Shown: positions 1-10,230, counted from the first letter of the stretch. The stretch is 24,000 nt of DNA from an uncultured Chloroflexia bacterium (GCA_963810535.1 CAWENW010000027.1:11176-35175); one strand, 5' to 3'. A program made the numbers and translations. Notes: generated by a model not told the origin, from the letters alone.

Positions 1-147
1 TCTCTCCCAGGTGTCAACGGCTACAGCTGGATACACTATTGATACAATGTCTGTTACATCGTAACATGCTGGTCAGCGGGTAGACAAGCGGGAGAGTTGG
101 AGAGTCGAGTCTTAACGTCACATCGTGACCGCCGGCCGCTCTCAGTG

Positions 148-747
148 TCAGCTTCCGCTCATGTCCTTCGTCCATACCAGCTCGCTAGCCCACTCATCTC
201 GGAATATCCAGCGGGGGAATCGCTCCGCCAACAGAGGGACAACGGCGGTCCATGCTTCGGCAGGGACCGACAAGAGCGGCAATGACTCCACGTGATCGCT
301 CTGGGTGCTGTAGCCCCAAGTGAAGCCACAAACTGGCTGGACCACCCGAGTCATGACCACGTCCGGACTAACAACTAGAAAAGCCTCGGCCCTCCAGTGC
401 AATCCCTTCCGGTTCGTGTAGGGGTTATCAAAAAACGCCGGCGACGGTCCCCAATACGAATACGGCATGCCTGTCTCCACCAGCTGAGGCGGCTGGTCGA
501 CGAGCACGCCGCTCTCAGTTCCCAAGACCCGCACGACTTGGATCCATCCCATGATTGATAGGTAGCCTTCGCCGTCATAGGAGACCTGTGCCCGACAAAT
601 CGGGAAATTCCTCCAGATCTTGCCAGGTTCGCTTGGCATAAGTAGCCCATTTCCCCACCGCTCAGGTGCCTCATTCATACCGTACTCGATGGACACGACT
701 CCACTATGCCCGCGTGTACGGAACGGAATGCGTAGCTTGAGTTCCAT
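148..747 (-). CDS. hypothetical protein, no family recognised; apparent third gene of the regulator-kinase operon
   Basis: 199-aa ORF. ATG at 747 is preceded by GAAGG about 8 nt upstream. It begins 68 nt downstream of the kinase stop on the same strand. No motif I can name. Confidence 0.55.
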   Translation of the reverse strand: MELKLRIPFRTRGHSGVVSIEYGMNEAPERWGNGLLMPSEPGKIWRNFPICRAQVSYDGEGYLSIMGWIQVVRVLGTESGVLVDQPPQLVETGMPYSYWGPSPAFFDNPYTNRKGLHWRAEAFLVVSPDVVMTRVVQPVCGFTWGYSTQSDHVESLPLLSVPAEAWTAVVPLLAERFPRWIFRDEWASELVWTKDMSGS

Positions 748-814
748 ATTCGCGCCTTCTTTTCTGCGCCCAGCAGGTCGAAGCCCCTATCGTGCTGGCC
801 GAGCGAGCGTCACG

Positions 815-2266
815 CTACTGATCGCTTACCACTGGAAGAGTAAACTTGAGTGCGGCTCCAGGAAGCGTAGCGACACCGTTCCACTGATCCCCACAGTCTC
901 TGAGAAGGGCTCTGGTCTCCTCCGAGAGCGGCGATTCCGCCCAGATGCGATGTCCGTGCGCTTCGATGATGCCATGGGTGATCGCAAGACCGAGTCCGGC
1001 GCCGGTGCTCGCCATCGCCACATCACCTGCCGGCAGACGTCGGCGTGAGGCTTCGCCGCGGTACGTTCGCTCAAAAATGTGCGGCAGGTCACTGGCCGAG
1101 ATGCCTTCACCAGTGTCGATCACCTGAACCAGAACGGCGCCGGAACTCTCGCTGGACGATGGCGGGCGATATGAAGCGTGAATCAATATGGCGCCCGTTG
1201 GGGGCGTATAGCGTATGGCGTTCTGCAAGAGATTGGCAAGCGCTCGATAGATCTGGCGAGCATCGATATGTACTGCCGGAAGGGAGCCGGAGACCCGGCC
1301 GGTAAGAACGACCTGCGCTCGCTCGGCCTGCTCATGGGACGATTCAAGGACGTCGGAAACGACATCCTCGATACTCATGCGCTCGCGGCTAAGCGCCATC
1401 GCACCGGATTCAATTCGGGACAGCTCGAAGAGGTCGTCGAGGAGCGCGGTTAAGTGACGCAGCTCGGTTCGGATGGTCTGATGGTAACGCGCGACAGTCG
1501 CTGGATCCCGCACCACGCCGTCATCAATCGCTTCGATCATGGCGCGAACAGAAGATAGCGGAGTTCGCAGGTCATGCGAGACGGCGCTGATGACTTCACG
1601 CCGCTCGTGTTCGGCTGCCTGCATGCGCAGAAACGCATTTTGCACACCATCGGCCATCTGGTTGAACCAGCGCGCCAGTTGAGCAAGCTCATCCTCCCCA
1701 TTGGTTGAGGAATCGTCCAGGCGACAGCTGTAGTCTCCAGCGGCGATACGCATAGCGCCGGTGCCGATGCGGTGAATGGTCATAGTCATGCGGGCGGCAA
1801 TAGAGTAGGAGAGCAGTATGGCGACCACGATGCCAAAGACCAAGAAAGCCAGCAGTAGCTGGCCGTCTTCGTTGGAAATGAACATGAGTTTGGCGATGAG
1901 CAAGACATTTAGGGCGATGACTACAGCGGTCAACAATGGAGGTATGGCTAGCTTGAGCCAGATGCTTCCAAAATTGGGGGTGTCGCTCAGCCAGAGAGCG
2001 GCTTCGCCCAAGAGTATCGAGACGAGACTCCCCAGAGCCAAATAGACGATGAGACGAACTGCATCCGCATGGGACGGATGTAGAATGGCTATCAGGACCG
2101 CCAGCGTAACACCGAACGCCAGCGTGATGGCGCCGGCCCAGCGCAAGCCCTCGCGCAGTAGCATGCGCAGCAGCCCCGACTCGCGGCCCTCTCGCCATCT
2201 CATTACCGCCATTGCCGAGGTTGTGCGCGCGCTATCTCTGGTGTGGGCCGGCTGCGTGGTATGCAT
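815..2266 (-). CDS. sensor histidine kinase (multi-TM N-terminus, HAMP, HisKA, HATPase_c)
   Basis: 483-aa ORF. Several hydrophobic helices are followed by a HAMP-like linker, an H-box (SAVSHDLRTPLSS), an N-box (LANLLQNAIRYTP) and G-boxes (DTGEGI, GAGLGLAI). The exact start among N-terminal Met codons is uncertain. Confidence 0.9.
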   Translation of the reverse strand: MHTTQPAHTRDSARTTSAMAVMRWREGRESGLLRMLLREGLRWAGAITLAFGVTLAVLIAILHPSHADAVRLIVYLALGSLVSILLGEAALWLSDTPNFGSIWLKLAIPPLLTAVVIALNVLLIAKLMFISNEDGQLLLAFLVFGIVVAILLSYSIAARMTMTIHRIGTGAMRIAAGDYSCRLDDSSTNGEDELAQLARWFNQMADGVQNAFLRMQAAEHERREVISAVSHDLRTPLSSVRAMIEAIDDGVVRDPATVARYHQTIRTELRHLTALLDDLFELSRIESGAMALSRERMSIEDVVSDVLESSHEQAERAQVVLTGRVSGSLPAVHIDARQIYRALANLLQNAIRYTPPTGAILIHASYRPPSSSESSGAVLVQVIDTGEGISASDLPHIFERTYRGEASRRRLPAGDVAMASTGAGLGLAITHGIIEAHGHRIWAESPLSEETRALLRDCGDQWNGVATLPGAALKFTLPVVSDQ

Positions 2267-2299
2267 GCGAGACTCCCTTTATGGCTTCATGTTATGGCT

Positions 2300-3034
2300 T
2301 CATGGATCGAACTTGTAGCCGATACCCCAGACAGTCTTGATATGGCGAGGCACAGATGGATCTACCTCTACCTTCTCACGCAAGCGCCGGATATGTACAG
2401 TGACGGTGCTGATATCTCCAAAGTATCCAATATCCCAGACATGGTCAAGAAGCTGCTGGCGGCTGAAAACCTGTCGCGGGTGCGAGGTCATAAAGACCAG
2501 TAGGTCAAACTCTTTGGCTGTAAGTTCGAGTAGAGCGCCGTCTCGCTCGGCGGTACGCAGCTGCGGTCGAATCACCAGATTGCCGATATGCACTATGTCG
2601 CCCTGGACCATTGCCGGTACGCTGGTAGCCTGCAAGCGGCGCATAATCGCATGCACACGCATAACTACTTCGCGGGGACTGAACGGCTTGATCACGTAGT
2701 CATCAGCTCCGGCGTGAAAGCCGATTACTTTATCCGGCTCTTCTCCGCGGGCAGTCAGCATGAGGATGGGAACGGCACTCGCCTGGCGAATGCGGCGACA
2801 GACTTCAAGACCATCCAATCCAGGCAGCATGAGATCGAGAATGATCAAATCCGGCGGCTCAGCTGCAACCAGGTGCAGAGCCTCATTGCCATCACCCGCC
2901 TGTGTGGTGAGAAAGCCGGCGGCGGCCAGATATTCGCAGAGGACTTCACGAATGTTGGCTTCGTCGTCCACCACTAACACCCGCCTCGCCGGAGGCGGTT
3001 CCACACTCTCCTGACCGACATACCATCTGCTCAT
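2300..3034 (-). CDS. OmpR/PhoB-family response regulator (receiver + winged-helix DNA-binding domain)
   Basis: 244-aa ORF. Receiver motifs are VLVVDDE, DLIILDLMLPGLDG and the conserved K in DDYVIKPF. The C-terminal trans_reg_C-like end is TVTVHIRRLREK...IKTVWGIGYKF. It lies 33 nt upstream of the kinase on the same strand. Confidence 0.92.
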   Translation of the reverse strand: MSRWYVGQESVEPPPARRVLVVDDEANIREVLCEYLAAAGFLTTQAGDGNEALHLVAAEPPDLIILDLMLPGLDGLEVCRRIRQASAVPILMLTARGEEPDKVIGFHAGADDYVIKPFSPREVVMRVHAIMRRLQATSVPAMVQGDIVHIGNLVIRPQLRTAERDGALLELTAKEFDLLVFMTSHPRQVFSRQQLLDHVWDIGYFGDISTVTVHIRRLREKVEVDPSVPRHIKTVWGIGYKFDP

Positions 3035-3278
3035 GATCTCGTATACCGTTGAACTTGGCCTCTCCTGTGGACACTATCGGCAACCTCTCGGCGACCAGGA
3101 GCAGTGTCGCCTGAGTGCGCACTCCCCTGCCTGTATGGATAATACGCATGATGTCTTACAAATTGCTTACGTCGAGTAGTCGCGGCGAAGGTGCTAATTT
3201 CACCTGATCGAGTCGATGTCTTGATCGGGATTTGCCAAATCGATGTGCCCAGCCCGTTAAGATTTTCGCAAGGTCTCT

Positions 3279-4106
3279 ATGGGAAAATTGCTCTCGAACG
3301 CGAGTAGCGTGAAAGCAGGTAACTGCAGTGAGGAGCACCCATTGTCAAACGCCCATCCAGCAGGTACACATGGAACCAACCGGCGCATTTGCGTCGTTAT
3401 GCCCGCACGTAACGAGGAGGCTACCGTGGGCCGGCAAGTCCGCGCTGTTCTGGCAGACGCGGCCTGGGGGGCATTGCCTCTCAGCCGGATAATCGTCGTC
3501 GACAACGGCAGCGTCGATGCCACAGCCGCGGTCGCTCGAGCCGCCGGAGCGGTAGTAGTCCATCAGCCAAGACCCGGATATGGAGCCGCGTGTCTCGCCG
3601 GTGTTATGGCCGCAGATACCGACATGGTTCTGCTCATGGATGCCGATGGAAGTGATGACATCGCCGGCGCCGCGAGGGTGGCCGCGCTGGCCATGCAAGG
3701 TTGCGCAGATCTGGTCATGGGTTCTCGAACCCGTGGAGCTGTTGAGAAAGGCGCTCTCACTGTACCGCAACGGGTGGGGAATAGGATAGCGACGATGCTG
3801 CTTCGACTGCTGCTGGGGCAGCGCGTTAGCGATCTCGGACCAGTTCGCGCTATACGCCGCTCCGACCTGTTGGCGCTGGGCATGAGCGAGATGACCTACG
3901 GATGGTCGACGGAGATGATCGTGAAGGCAGCTCGCGCTCGCTATCGCATCCTGGAAGTGCCGGTCAACTACCATTGCCGCCGGGGCGGTCAATCGAAGGT
4001 ATCGGGCACGATACGCGGCAGCCTGCGTGCGGGGTGGTGCATTATGTCCACCATAGTGCGTTACGCTCGCTGGCGGAGAGCGGATCCGGCGCTTGGCCGG
4101 GTTTAG
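3279..4106 (+). CDS. family 2 glycosyltransferase (dolichol-P-sugar synthase-like)
   Basis: The ORF contains VVMPARNEE, IIVVDNGSVDAT and the DAD motif (LLMDADGSD), all typical of GT-A/GT2. The start must lie upstream of the VVMPARNEE strand. ATG 3279 is the only in-frame ATG, and its RBS is weak. Confidence 0.85.
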   Translation: MGKLLSNASSVKAGNCSEEHPLSNAHPAGTHGTNRRICVVMPARNEEATVGRQVRAVLADAAWGALPLSRIIVVDNGSVDATAAVARAAGAVVVHQPRPGYGAACLAGVMAADTDMVLLMDADGSDDIAGAARVAALAMQGCADLVMGSRTRGAVEKGALTVPQRVGNRIATMLLRLLLGQRVSDLGPVRAIRRSDLLALGMSEMTYGWSTEMIVKAARARYRILEVPVNYHCRRGGQSKVSGTIRGSLRAGWCIMSTIVRYARWRRADPALGRV

Positions 4107-4883
4107 ATGGAGACAGATATGCAGCCCGAGGTTGTACCAGCAACAACCGGCGAGATCACCGATGCCCTAGTCATCGTGGCTAAGTATCCTGAGCCCGGCC
4201 AGGTCAAGACGCGGCTCGGTGCACGTATTGGAAATGCATCCGCCGCGGCGCTGTATCGGGCGTTTCTTTGCGACCTGGCAGCCCGCTTCAGCGTAGGGGC
4301 CAAGCAGGATGGGTACCTGCTCCACTGGGCCTCGGCGCCCGGGTCCGGCCGATTGACACAGATAGTAGGCGCTCATGCCCATGTCTTCGCGCAGCGCGGC
4401 GTGGATTTCGCCGAGCGGCTCTACAACGTGGCAGTGGATATGCGGTCCGCCGGATACCGGCGCCTGGTTATCATAGGCTCCGACTCGCCACATCTACCGA
4501 GCGTGTTAATTACTCGCGCATTTCGAGAGATTGGTCCGGATCATCTCGCGCTCGGCCCAGCGGAGGACGGCGGCTATTACCTCATCGGCTTCGAGCTCAA
4601 CGCCGGCGTGCCAGACTTCTTTCGCGGCATCCAGATGAGCACGTCTCAAGTGCTGCACGAGACGCTCGCTAGAGCGACCGCGCTCCATTACTCCGCCACG
4701 CTGTTGCCTCACACATTCGACATCGACGAAGTTGCCGATCTCACGAGGCTGGAACTTGAGTTGTGGAGCGCCGAGGCGCCATCCTGTCCGCATACCCGGG
4801 CGGCACTGGCGCAGCTTGGGTTCTTTGGATTATCACCGCGCGAGTCCAGCGAGAAGCGGCGGGATGAGGCGCTCTATGGATAG
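4107..4883 (+). CDS. DUF2064 / TIGR04282-like transferase (rSAM-associated transferase 1 type)
   Basis: LVIVAKYPEPGQVKTRL, VIIGSDSPHL, LGPAEDGGYYLIGF and FDIDEVADL match my memory of the DUF2064 consensus. The ATG directly abuts the GT2 stop (TAG 4104-4106, ATG 4107). Confidence 0.85.
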   Translation: METDMQPEVVPATTGEITDALVIVAKYPEPGQVKTRLGARIGNASAAALYRAFLCDLAARFSVGAKQDGYLLHWASAPGSGRLTQIVGAHAHVFAQRGVDFAERLYNVAVDMRSAGYRRLVIIGSDSPHLPSVLITRAFREIGPDHLALGPAEDGGYYLIGFELNAGVPDFFRGIQMSTSQVLHETLARATALHYSATLLPHTFDIDEVADLTRLELELWSAEAPSCPHTRAALAQLGFFGLSPRESSEKRRDEALYG

Positions 4884-6426
4884 CTCACGCCGGTGGATAG
4901 ACCAGGTGGATGCATATGTCTGGAGATGGCTGGCGCTCGTTCTGCTGGGAGCGTTCGGGATCGTCTGTTACCAACGCATTCGCGAGGCCGGGTCCGCAGT
5001 CTCGGTACACGGATCACCCTATCTTTGGCCCGGGCTCGGCGTGGCACTGGTCGCGATCCTGGGATCTTGGCTGGTGCTCGGAACCAGAGGAGCCAGTCGA
5101 GGTAAAGCAGCCAGATATCAGTGGATAGAGCTTGGCCTGATCATAGGAATCGGGCTGCTTTTCCGCGCCCAGTTCTTCTTCGTGCCTCCGGCGATTTCCC
5201 ACGATGCCTACCGCTACGTCTGGGATGCCCATCTGGTTTCGCATGGCGTGAGTCCCTACCTCTACCCTGCCTCCGCTCCTTCGCTCAGGCCTCTGCGAGA
5301 TGGGGCTATCTGGCCCAATCTCAATTGGCCGAACTCGCCTACTGTCTATCCTCCAGGCGCCGAGCTCATCTTCCTTCTGGTCAATATCGCTGCACCGCTA
5401 AATATTACGGCGATGCAGCTGGCGATGATAGCCTGCGATATCGCCGTCGGCCTGGTGACGCTCCTGCTCCTCCGTCATTTTCGCCTGGATCTGCGCCGGA
5501 TCATAGTCTACTGGTGGAATCCGATCCCGGTGCTGGAATTCGTATACAGCGCCCACATAGACGCTGCCGCCGCCCTCTTCGTAGCCGTGGCACTGCTCCT
5601 GGCGCTGCAGCGCTGGCGTGGAGCCAGGTTGCTAGCCGGAGCGGCCCTGGGCATGGCGGTGCTCATCAAGCTCTATCCGCTGCTATTTGTGGTGGCGCTA
5701 CTCCGGCGGAAAGACTGGGGATTTCTCCTTGGATTCGCAAGCACCATGGTAGGCGTAACATTCCCCTTCCTTCACCTTGGCCTGGGGACAGGGGGGTTCC
5801 TTGGCACGTATTTCTCACAGCGCTTCGTAGATGAAGGGTTAATTTTCCGGTTCATTACAACGCTCGTCACCAACGAACGCTGGCAGCTGCTCCTACAGGG
5901 CACGGTGCTGCTCCTGCTCTCAGGCGCGATCTTGATTGGTCGGCTCAGGTGGGGACTGCCCGCCGTCGCCGCCATTCTGGCGTTGTCTGCGACCTGGATT
6001 CTTGTCTCACCGCACCTCTATCCCTGGTACGTGGGTGGCATATTGCCTCTGCTTGCGATCGTAGTTCAACTGCCAGTCGGCTTCCGCCGCTCCTCCCAGG
6101 AAGGGTCTGGTATCTCCCGCCACTGGTGGGCCTCCTCCATGCCCTATCTCGCCTTCTGGCTCTTTCTGCTGGAAATTCCCTTTACTTATGTCATCTTTGC
6201 GCCGGGTTTCAACGCCAATCTCATCCTCCTCTTTTTCGCGGTGCCGCTAGCACTGGCAAGCATGCCGCTATGGGTTGGCGTCATTCCCGCCCGCGCCCGA
6301 GCTTCCCGAGCTGGTCGTCTGGACCTCGGAGTCACGCCGTCGACAGTCAGCGGAGCAACTGCGGGAGGAGCTGCCAAAACTGGCGAAGTCTTGCTCAAAG
6401 CCACCGAGAAGGAATCACTCACGTGA
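4876..6426 (+). CDS. polytopic membrane glycosyltransferase-like protein (DUF2029 / GT87-like)
   Basis: About 516 aa with more than 10 hydrophobic helices and an HDAYRYVWDAHLVSHGVSPY loop, as in DUF2029/GT-C-like mannosyltransferases. ATG 4876 (alternative ATG 4864) overlaps the upstream stop at 4881-4883. The ORF-track start at 4732 is an over-extension into the preceding gene. Confidence 0.75.
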   Translation: MDSSRRWIDQVDAYVWRWLALVLLGAFGIVCYQRIREAGSAVSVHGSPYLWPGLGVALVAILGSWLVLGTRGASRGKAARYQWIELGLIIGIGLLFRAQFFFVPPAISHDAYRYVWDAHLVSHGVSPYLYPASAPSLRPLRDGAIWPNLNWPNSPTVYPPGAELIFLLVNIAAPLNITAMQLAMIACDIAVGLVTLLLLRHFRLDLRRIIVYWWNPIPVLEFVYSAHIDAAAALFVAVALLLALQRWRGARLLAGAALGMAVLIKLYPLLFVVALLRRKDWGFLLGFASTMVGVTFPFLHLGLGTGGFLGTYFSQRFVDEGLIFRFITTLVTNERWQLLLQGTVLLLLSGAILIGRLRWGLPAVAAILALSATWILVSPHLYPWYVGGILPLLAIVVQLPVGFRRSSQEGSGISRHWWASSMPYLAFWLFLLEIPFTYVIFAPGFNANLILLFFAVPLALASMPLWVGVIPARARASRAGRLDLGVTPSTVSGATAGGAAKTGEVLLKATEKESLT

Positions 6427-8090
6427 TAGACACCAATTCGATCTTGACAAAAATTCGACCCGTGCCAGGAGCGGTCCTCCGTGAGCTGCGGCGGCAGAGC
6501 ATCGCGTTATTGGCCGGCCTGCTGGGTTCGATAGTCGCGGTTATCGTGATGGGAGTGCTGCGACTCTGGTGGGGAGCTCCTACCGCTCCCGAGCTGGTCG
6601 GCGAGCGGTTGTTGCCGCTCATGAGCGCGGACCAGTTTGTGTCGTTACTGTTGCGATTTCAACCCCACCCCAAAACTGGACCATTAGGTCTGGCGCTGCT
6701 TGGCCAATGCGTCATCGGTACTCTGCTCGGACCCGCCTATGCGCTGGTACAATCACGGCTCGGCAAACGGCAGGAGCCGGATGCAGTATCACGGCTCAAC
6801 TGGTGGCCGCCCCGCTCAGCCTGGATGACTGCTGCTGCGTTTGCTCTAGGCATGGAGCTGGTGGCGGTGGCAGTCTTCTGGCCAGTGCTTCCCGAAGGGC
6901 TCTTCGGCGATCCTATTGACACCGCCCGACTGCTAACTATGACCAGCCTCCTGTTGACTTTTGCCTCCTATGCGGCGGTTCTGGCACTGGCCTTTCAGGC
7001 ATTCCGCCGAGTATGGGGAGCGTGGGCCTTCGGCACCGAGACGCGGCCGACGCCCGCGGCTGCTGAAGGCATTCTAGTCACCCGGCGCGAGGCGCTTATA
7101 ACCGCGGGGGCGACTGTCGCGGTCATCGCCGTAGGCGGCATCGCCACGAACGCGCTCATTTCCGAGTACCTAGCTCGTTCGAATATTCCCTACGAAGGAC
7201 GCGGCACCCCCGGCCTTCTTACCTCGCCCATTACTCCCAACGCTGACTTTTATGTCGTGAGCAAAAACGTGCTCGACCCCACCGTAGTGGCCGATCGCTG
7301 GCGTCTGGAGCTGAACGGGTTGGTGCGGAAGCCGCGGAGCTGGACCTATCCAGAGGTACTCGCTTTGCCGAGCGAGGTCCGAGCGGTGACGCTGGAATGC
7401 ATCTCCAACGAGGTGGGGAGTAACCTCTTGAGCACCGCCCGCTGGCGTGGCGTGACGCTGGAGAAATTGCTAGATCTGGGCGGCGGGGTCACCGGCGTAT
7501 CCGCGAGTCACGTGGTCTTCTATGGGGTCGACGGGTTCGCGGCCAGCCTGCCGCTGGCCGCGCTCTTGCAGGCGCGCGCGCTCCTCGCCTGGGAAATGAA
7601 TGGCGTCGCGCTGCCCGACCGGCACGGGTTCCCCTTGCGCGCGATAGTTCCAGGTAGGTATGGCGAACAGAGCGCCAAGTGGGTGACCCGGGTAGAGATT
7701 GTCGACTACAACTTCAAGGGATTCTACCAGAGCCAGGGCTGGAGCGCAGCACAGCTGGAGACGATGAGCCGCATCGACCAGCCGCGCGGCCAGGTGCGAC
7801 CGGGCGGGATCACAGTAAGCGGCGTCGCTTTCGCCGGAATTCGGGGCATACGTCAGGTGGAGCTCAGCGTAGACGGCGGGTCAACCTGGAGCGCCGCCAC
7901 TCTGGTACCTCCGCTGTCAGACCAAACCTGGGTGCTCTGGACATGGAAGTGGTATCCCGCTACGAGCGGCCAGTATACCATACTGGCCCGTGCCACCGAC
8001 GGGTCCGGCGCGGTGCAGACTCAGGCGCAGCGCGGGACCGTGCCTGATGGAGCCACCGGCTGGCCGTCGGCAAAAGTTCTGATAAAGTGA
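6423..8090 (+). CDS. molybdopterin-dependent oxidoreductase (sulfite-oxidase/YedY fold) with N-terminal membrane domain
   Basis: GFPLRAIVPGRYGEQSAKWVTRVEIVD and ECISN are Oxidored_molyb-like, and the C-terminus looks like an Ig-like Mo-co dimerisation domain. GTG 6423 overlaps the upstream TGA (GTGA), with AAGGA 11 nt upstream. ORF-track start 5949 lies inside the previous gene. Confidence 0.85.
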   Translation: MIDTNSILTKIRPVPGAVLRELRRQSIALLAGLLGSIVAVIVMGVLRLWWGAPTAPELVGERLLPLMSADQFVSLLLRFQPHPKTGPLGLALLGQCVIGTLLGPAYALVQSRLGKRQEPDAVSRLNWWPPRSAWMTAAAFALGMELVAVAVFWPVLPEGLFGDPIDTARLLTMTSLLLTFASYAAVLALAFQAFRRVWGAWAFGTETRPTPAAAEGILVTRREALITAGATVAVIAVGGIATNALISEYLARSNIPYEGRGTPGLLTSPITPNADFYVVSKNVLDPTVVADRWRLELNGLVRKPRSWTYPEVLALPSEVRAVTLECISNEVGSNLLSTARWRGVTLEKLLDLGGGVTGVSASHVVFYGVDGFAASLPLAALLQARALLAWEMNGVALPDRHGFPLRAIVPGRYGEQSAKWVTRVEIVDYNFKGFYQSQGWSAAQLETMSRIDQPRGQVRPGGITVSGVAFAGIRGIRQVELSVDGGSTWSAATLVPPLSDQTWVLWTWKWYPATSGQYTILARATDGSGAVQTQAQRGTVPDGATGWPSAKVLIK

Positions 8091-8097
8091 GGCAGTT

Positions 8098-10230
8098 GTG
8101 AGTGTAGCCGATTTCACCCGGATCATGACCGCGCTCGACGACTATAGGCGTGATACCGGTCGCCCGACACTGGCGCTGGGTGGCTGGGAATCAGAAGATC
8201 CAGATATCGTTCCACCGCCAAGCCTGGTCGAGGCGCTCCTTCAGATCTCAGCGCGTCTGCACACCTATACCTATATACGCGAGCTGCATAGAGCCAAGAG
8301 CGCGGCGGCACGGGTCCTCTCCTATGGTGTCCGCATCGACGGCAAATTGCCCGAGGCAATGAACGTGGCCATTGTACCCAACAGCACGCAGGCATTGCTA
8401 CTCACGCTGGCGGCGCTCAAATCACGCGGAGTTGCCCACCTAGTGATTGCCGCACCTGGGTACTTCGCCGCTGCCGAAGCTTGCCGCTACCTGGGCATTG
8501 CAAGCACGATCATTCCGGCCGCCGATTTTGTCACCGGCACGTTTGACACAGGCGCGCTGCTAGCGGCCATGCGTAGCCCAGGAGCGGCGCTCCTGCTCAC
8601 CAATCCCGCCTACTCCATCGGCGTGGAGTACAGCTGGGAGAATCTACACTCCCTCATTTCCGCACTTCCAGAGGAAGCGTTCGTGATACTGGACGAGACG
8701 CGCCTCGGCCTGAACTGGAACGATGAAGCGCCGTGGTATGGCGCGGACTATCCCGACCGGATCGCCGTCATCCGGTCCCCGAGCAAGATCTTCTTCATAA
8801 ACGGACAGAAGACCAGTATCATTCTCGGCTCATCTCCCCTCATCCAATCGATCGAGCAAATCAGTGAATCGCTGCTGGGCTCGGTCGCCGGCGTGTCGGA
8901 GCAGGTCGCAGAGGCCTACCTGCAGTGCTGGGAGCAGTGGGTAAATGAGCTGCGCGCGGGGGAGGTTGGTCCGTTTCGGCAATGGCGGCGGCAGATCATC
9001 GCCACGCTCGCCCGCAACCAGCGAATGGTCGCACGGCATCTCCAGCCGAGGGGATTTCTCCTCTCCCCGGTGAACTCGGGTCCCTACCTGCTTGCCGGTA
9101 CCAGACTCACTCACAGCCATTCTTTAGACAGTTATGCGGCTGCGAGAGAAGAGGGGGTCTTACTCATGGACTCATCCTACTTTCTACACCAACACAGCAA
9201 TTGGTACGGGTTCCGAGTAAATCTATCCGGCGAGGAGCGGCACCTTGCACAGGCTATCTCGCGGATTTTCCCAAAGGAGCAGAAATCAAGCATGGCACAC
9301 TCCCTAACACCCCAGCAGCAGGCACCCCGCTCGCGTCCACGTACTCACGCGACCGAGCCGTTGCCCCTGCCGAGTGAGCTGTATATCGAAAGCACTACCC
9401 GGTGCAATGAATTCTGCGATCAATGCCCGCGCACCCATCTGGGGCGTGAGGGCGACCGCGACGTTACTCTGGCCGAGGTGCAACGCATCGTAGAACAGTT
9501 TCCCAAGCTCGATCGAGTAGTGCTGCACGGACTTGGTGAGCCCTTGCTCAACACCGAGCTGCCAAAGATCATCACCTACCTGCGCTCGCGAGGTGTCTAT
9601 ACGCTCTTCAACTCGAATGCATTGCTGCTCAATGAGCGGAGAGGCCGCAGCCTCATAGAGTCAGGGCTGTGCGAGCTACGTGTCTCCTTTGACGGCGCCA
9701 CTCCCGCAACGTACGCGCGGGTGCGTGGCGTCAACCAGAAAGCATTGCCACTCATCGTAGGCAACCTGGCCAAATTCTCCGCCTTGAAAACAGAGCTTGG
9801 AGCGGAGCTTCCAAAGGTCTCGCTCTGGTTCACCGCCATGCGAGAGAATTTCCGTGAATTGCCCGAAGTGGTTGAGATTGCGTCCAGGACAGGTGTGCCT
9901 GAGGTCTACGTTCAACGCTTCATCTACTTCGGCAAGGGTCTGGCAACTGAGGATCAGACGCTCTTCCACTCGATACGCCAGGAAGAGCGGGAGACATTGC
10001 TTGCCGCCGAGACACGCTGTCGGGAGCTAGGTATTGCCTTTACCGCCACCGGCGCCACCGAGCCGGCAGCCTACCTTGCTCGGACCTCTGGGATGGAGCT
10101 TCGCCGTGGAAGGGTTGCCAGCGTCCGTACAAGCTCGCCTATATTACCGCCCATGGGAATGTGTACTCCTGTTGTTTTGCGCCCTTTACCCCGGGCCGTT
10201 AAGCCAGAAGTGGCTGGGGAACGCGTTTGA
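8098..10230 (+). CDS. class I/II PLP aminotransferase-like domain fused in frame to a radical SAM domain; C-terminus disrupted (see 10104-10344)
   Basis: GTG 8098 follows TGAGG at 5-nt spacing. The N-terminal ~395 aa carry an SxSK PLP-lysine motif (RSPSKIFFINGQK). From residue ~430 there is a radical SAM core with CNEFCDQC (CX3CX2C, nt 9403-9426) and GEPLL. The frame-1 tail after ~10085 (RTSGMELRRGRV...) is non-homologous-looking. Confidence 0.8.
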   Translation: MSVADFTRIMTALDDYRRDTGRPTLALGGWESEDPDIVPPPSLVEALLQISARLHTYTYIRELHRAKSAAARVLSYGVRIDGKLPEAMNVAIVPNSTQALLLTLAALKSRGVAHLVIAAPGYFAAAEACRYLGIASTIIPAADFVTGTFDTGALLAAMRSPGAALLLTNPAYSIGVEYSWENLHSLISALPEEAFVILDETRLGLNWNDEAPWYGADYPDRIAVIRSPSKIFFINGQKTSIILGSSPLIQSIEQISESLLGSVAGVSEQVAEAYLQCWEQWVNELRAGEVGPFRQWRRQIIATLARNQRMVARHLQPRGFLLSPVNSGPYLLAGTRLTHSHSLDSYAAAREEGVLLMDSSYFLHQHSNWYGFRVNLSGEERHLAQAISRIFPKEQKSSMAHSLTPQQQAPRSRPRTHATEPLPLPSELYIESTTRCNEFCDQCPRTHLGREGDRDVTLAEVQRIVEQFPKLDRVVLHGLGEPLLNTELPKIITYLRSRGVYTLFNSNALLLNERRGRSLIESGLCELRVSFDGATPATYARVRGVNQKALPLIVGNLAKFSALKTELGAELPKVSLWFTAMRENFRELPEVVEIASRTGVPEVYVQRFIYFGKGLATEDQTLFHSIRQEERETLLAAETRCRELGIAFTATGATEPAAYLARTSGMELRRGRVASVRTSSPILPPMGMCTPVVLRPLPRAVKPEVAGERV

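Noticed and set aside
38-66. ATTGATAC (38-45), identical to part of the 11110-11117 palindrome, plus a TGTTAC-ATC-GTAACA palindrome (52-66) at the window edge
   Set aside because: A shared 8-mer is expected by chance about once in 24 kb on two strands. The 6-3-6 palindrome lies at the window edge with no context to interpret.
3155-3170. CTTAC direct repeat with 11-bp spacing in the divergent regulator/GT2 intergenic region (possible OmpR-type binding site)
   Set aside because: A 5-mer repeat at one helical turn is near chance level in a 240-bp region. It is worth noting only if it is conserved in relatives.
5949-6422. ORF-track N-terminal extensions: 5949-6422, 4732-4875, 10351-10455, 11466-11537, 17089-17304
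   Set aside because: These extensions overlap the preceding gene or a non-coding leader, lack homology-like sequence, and have better internal starts with SD sequences.
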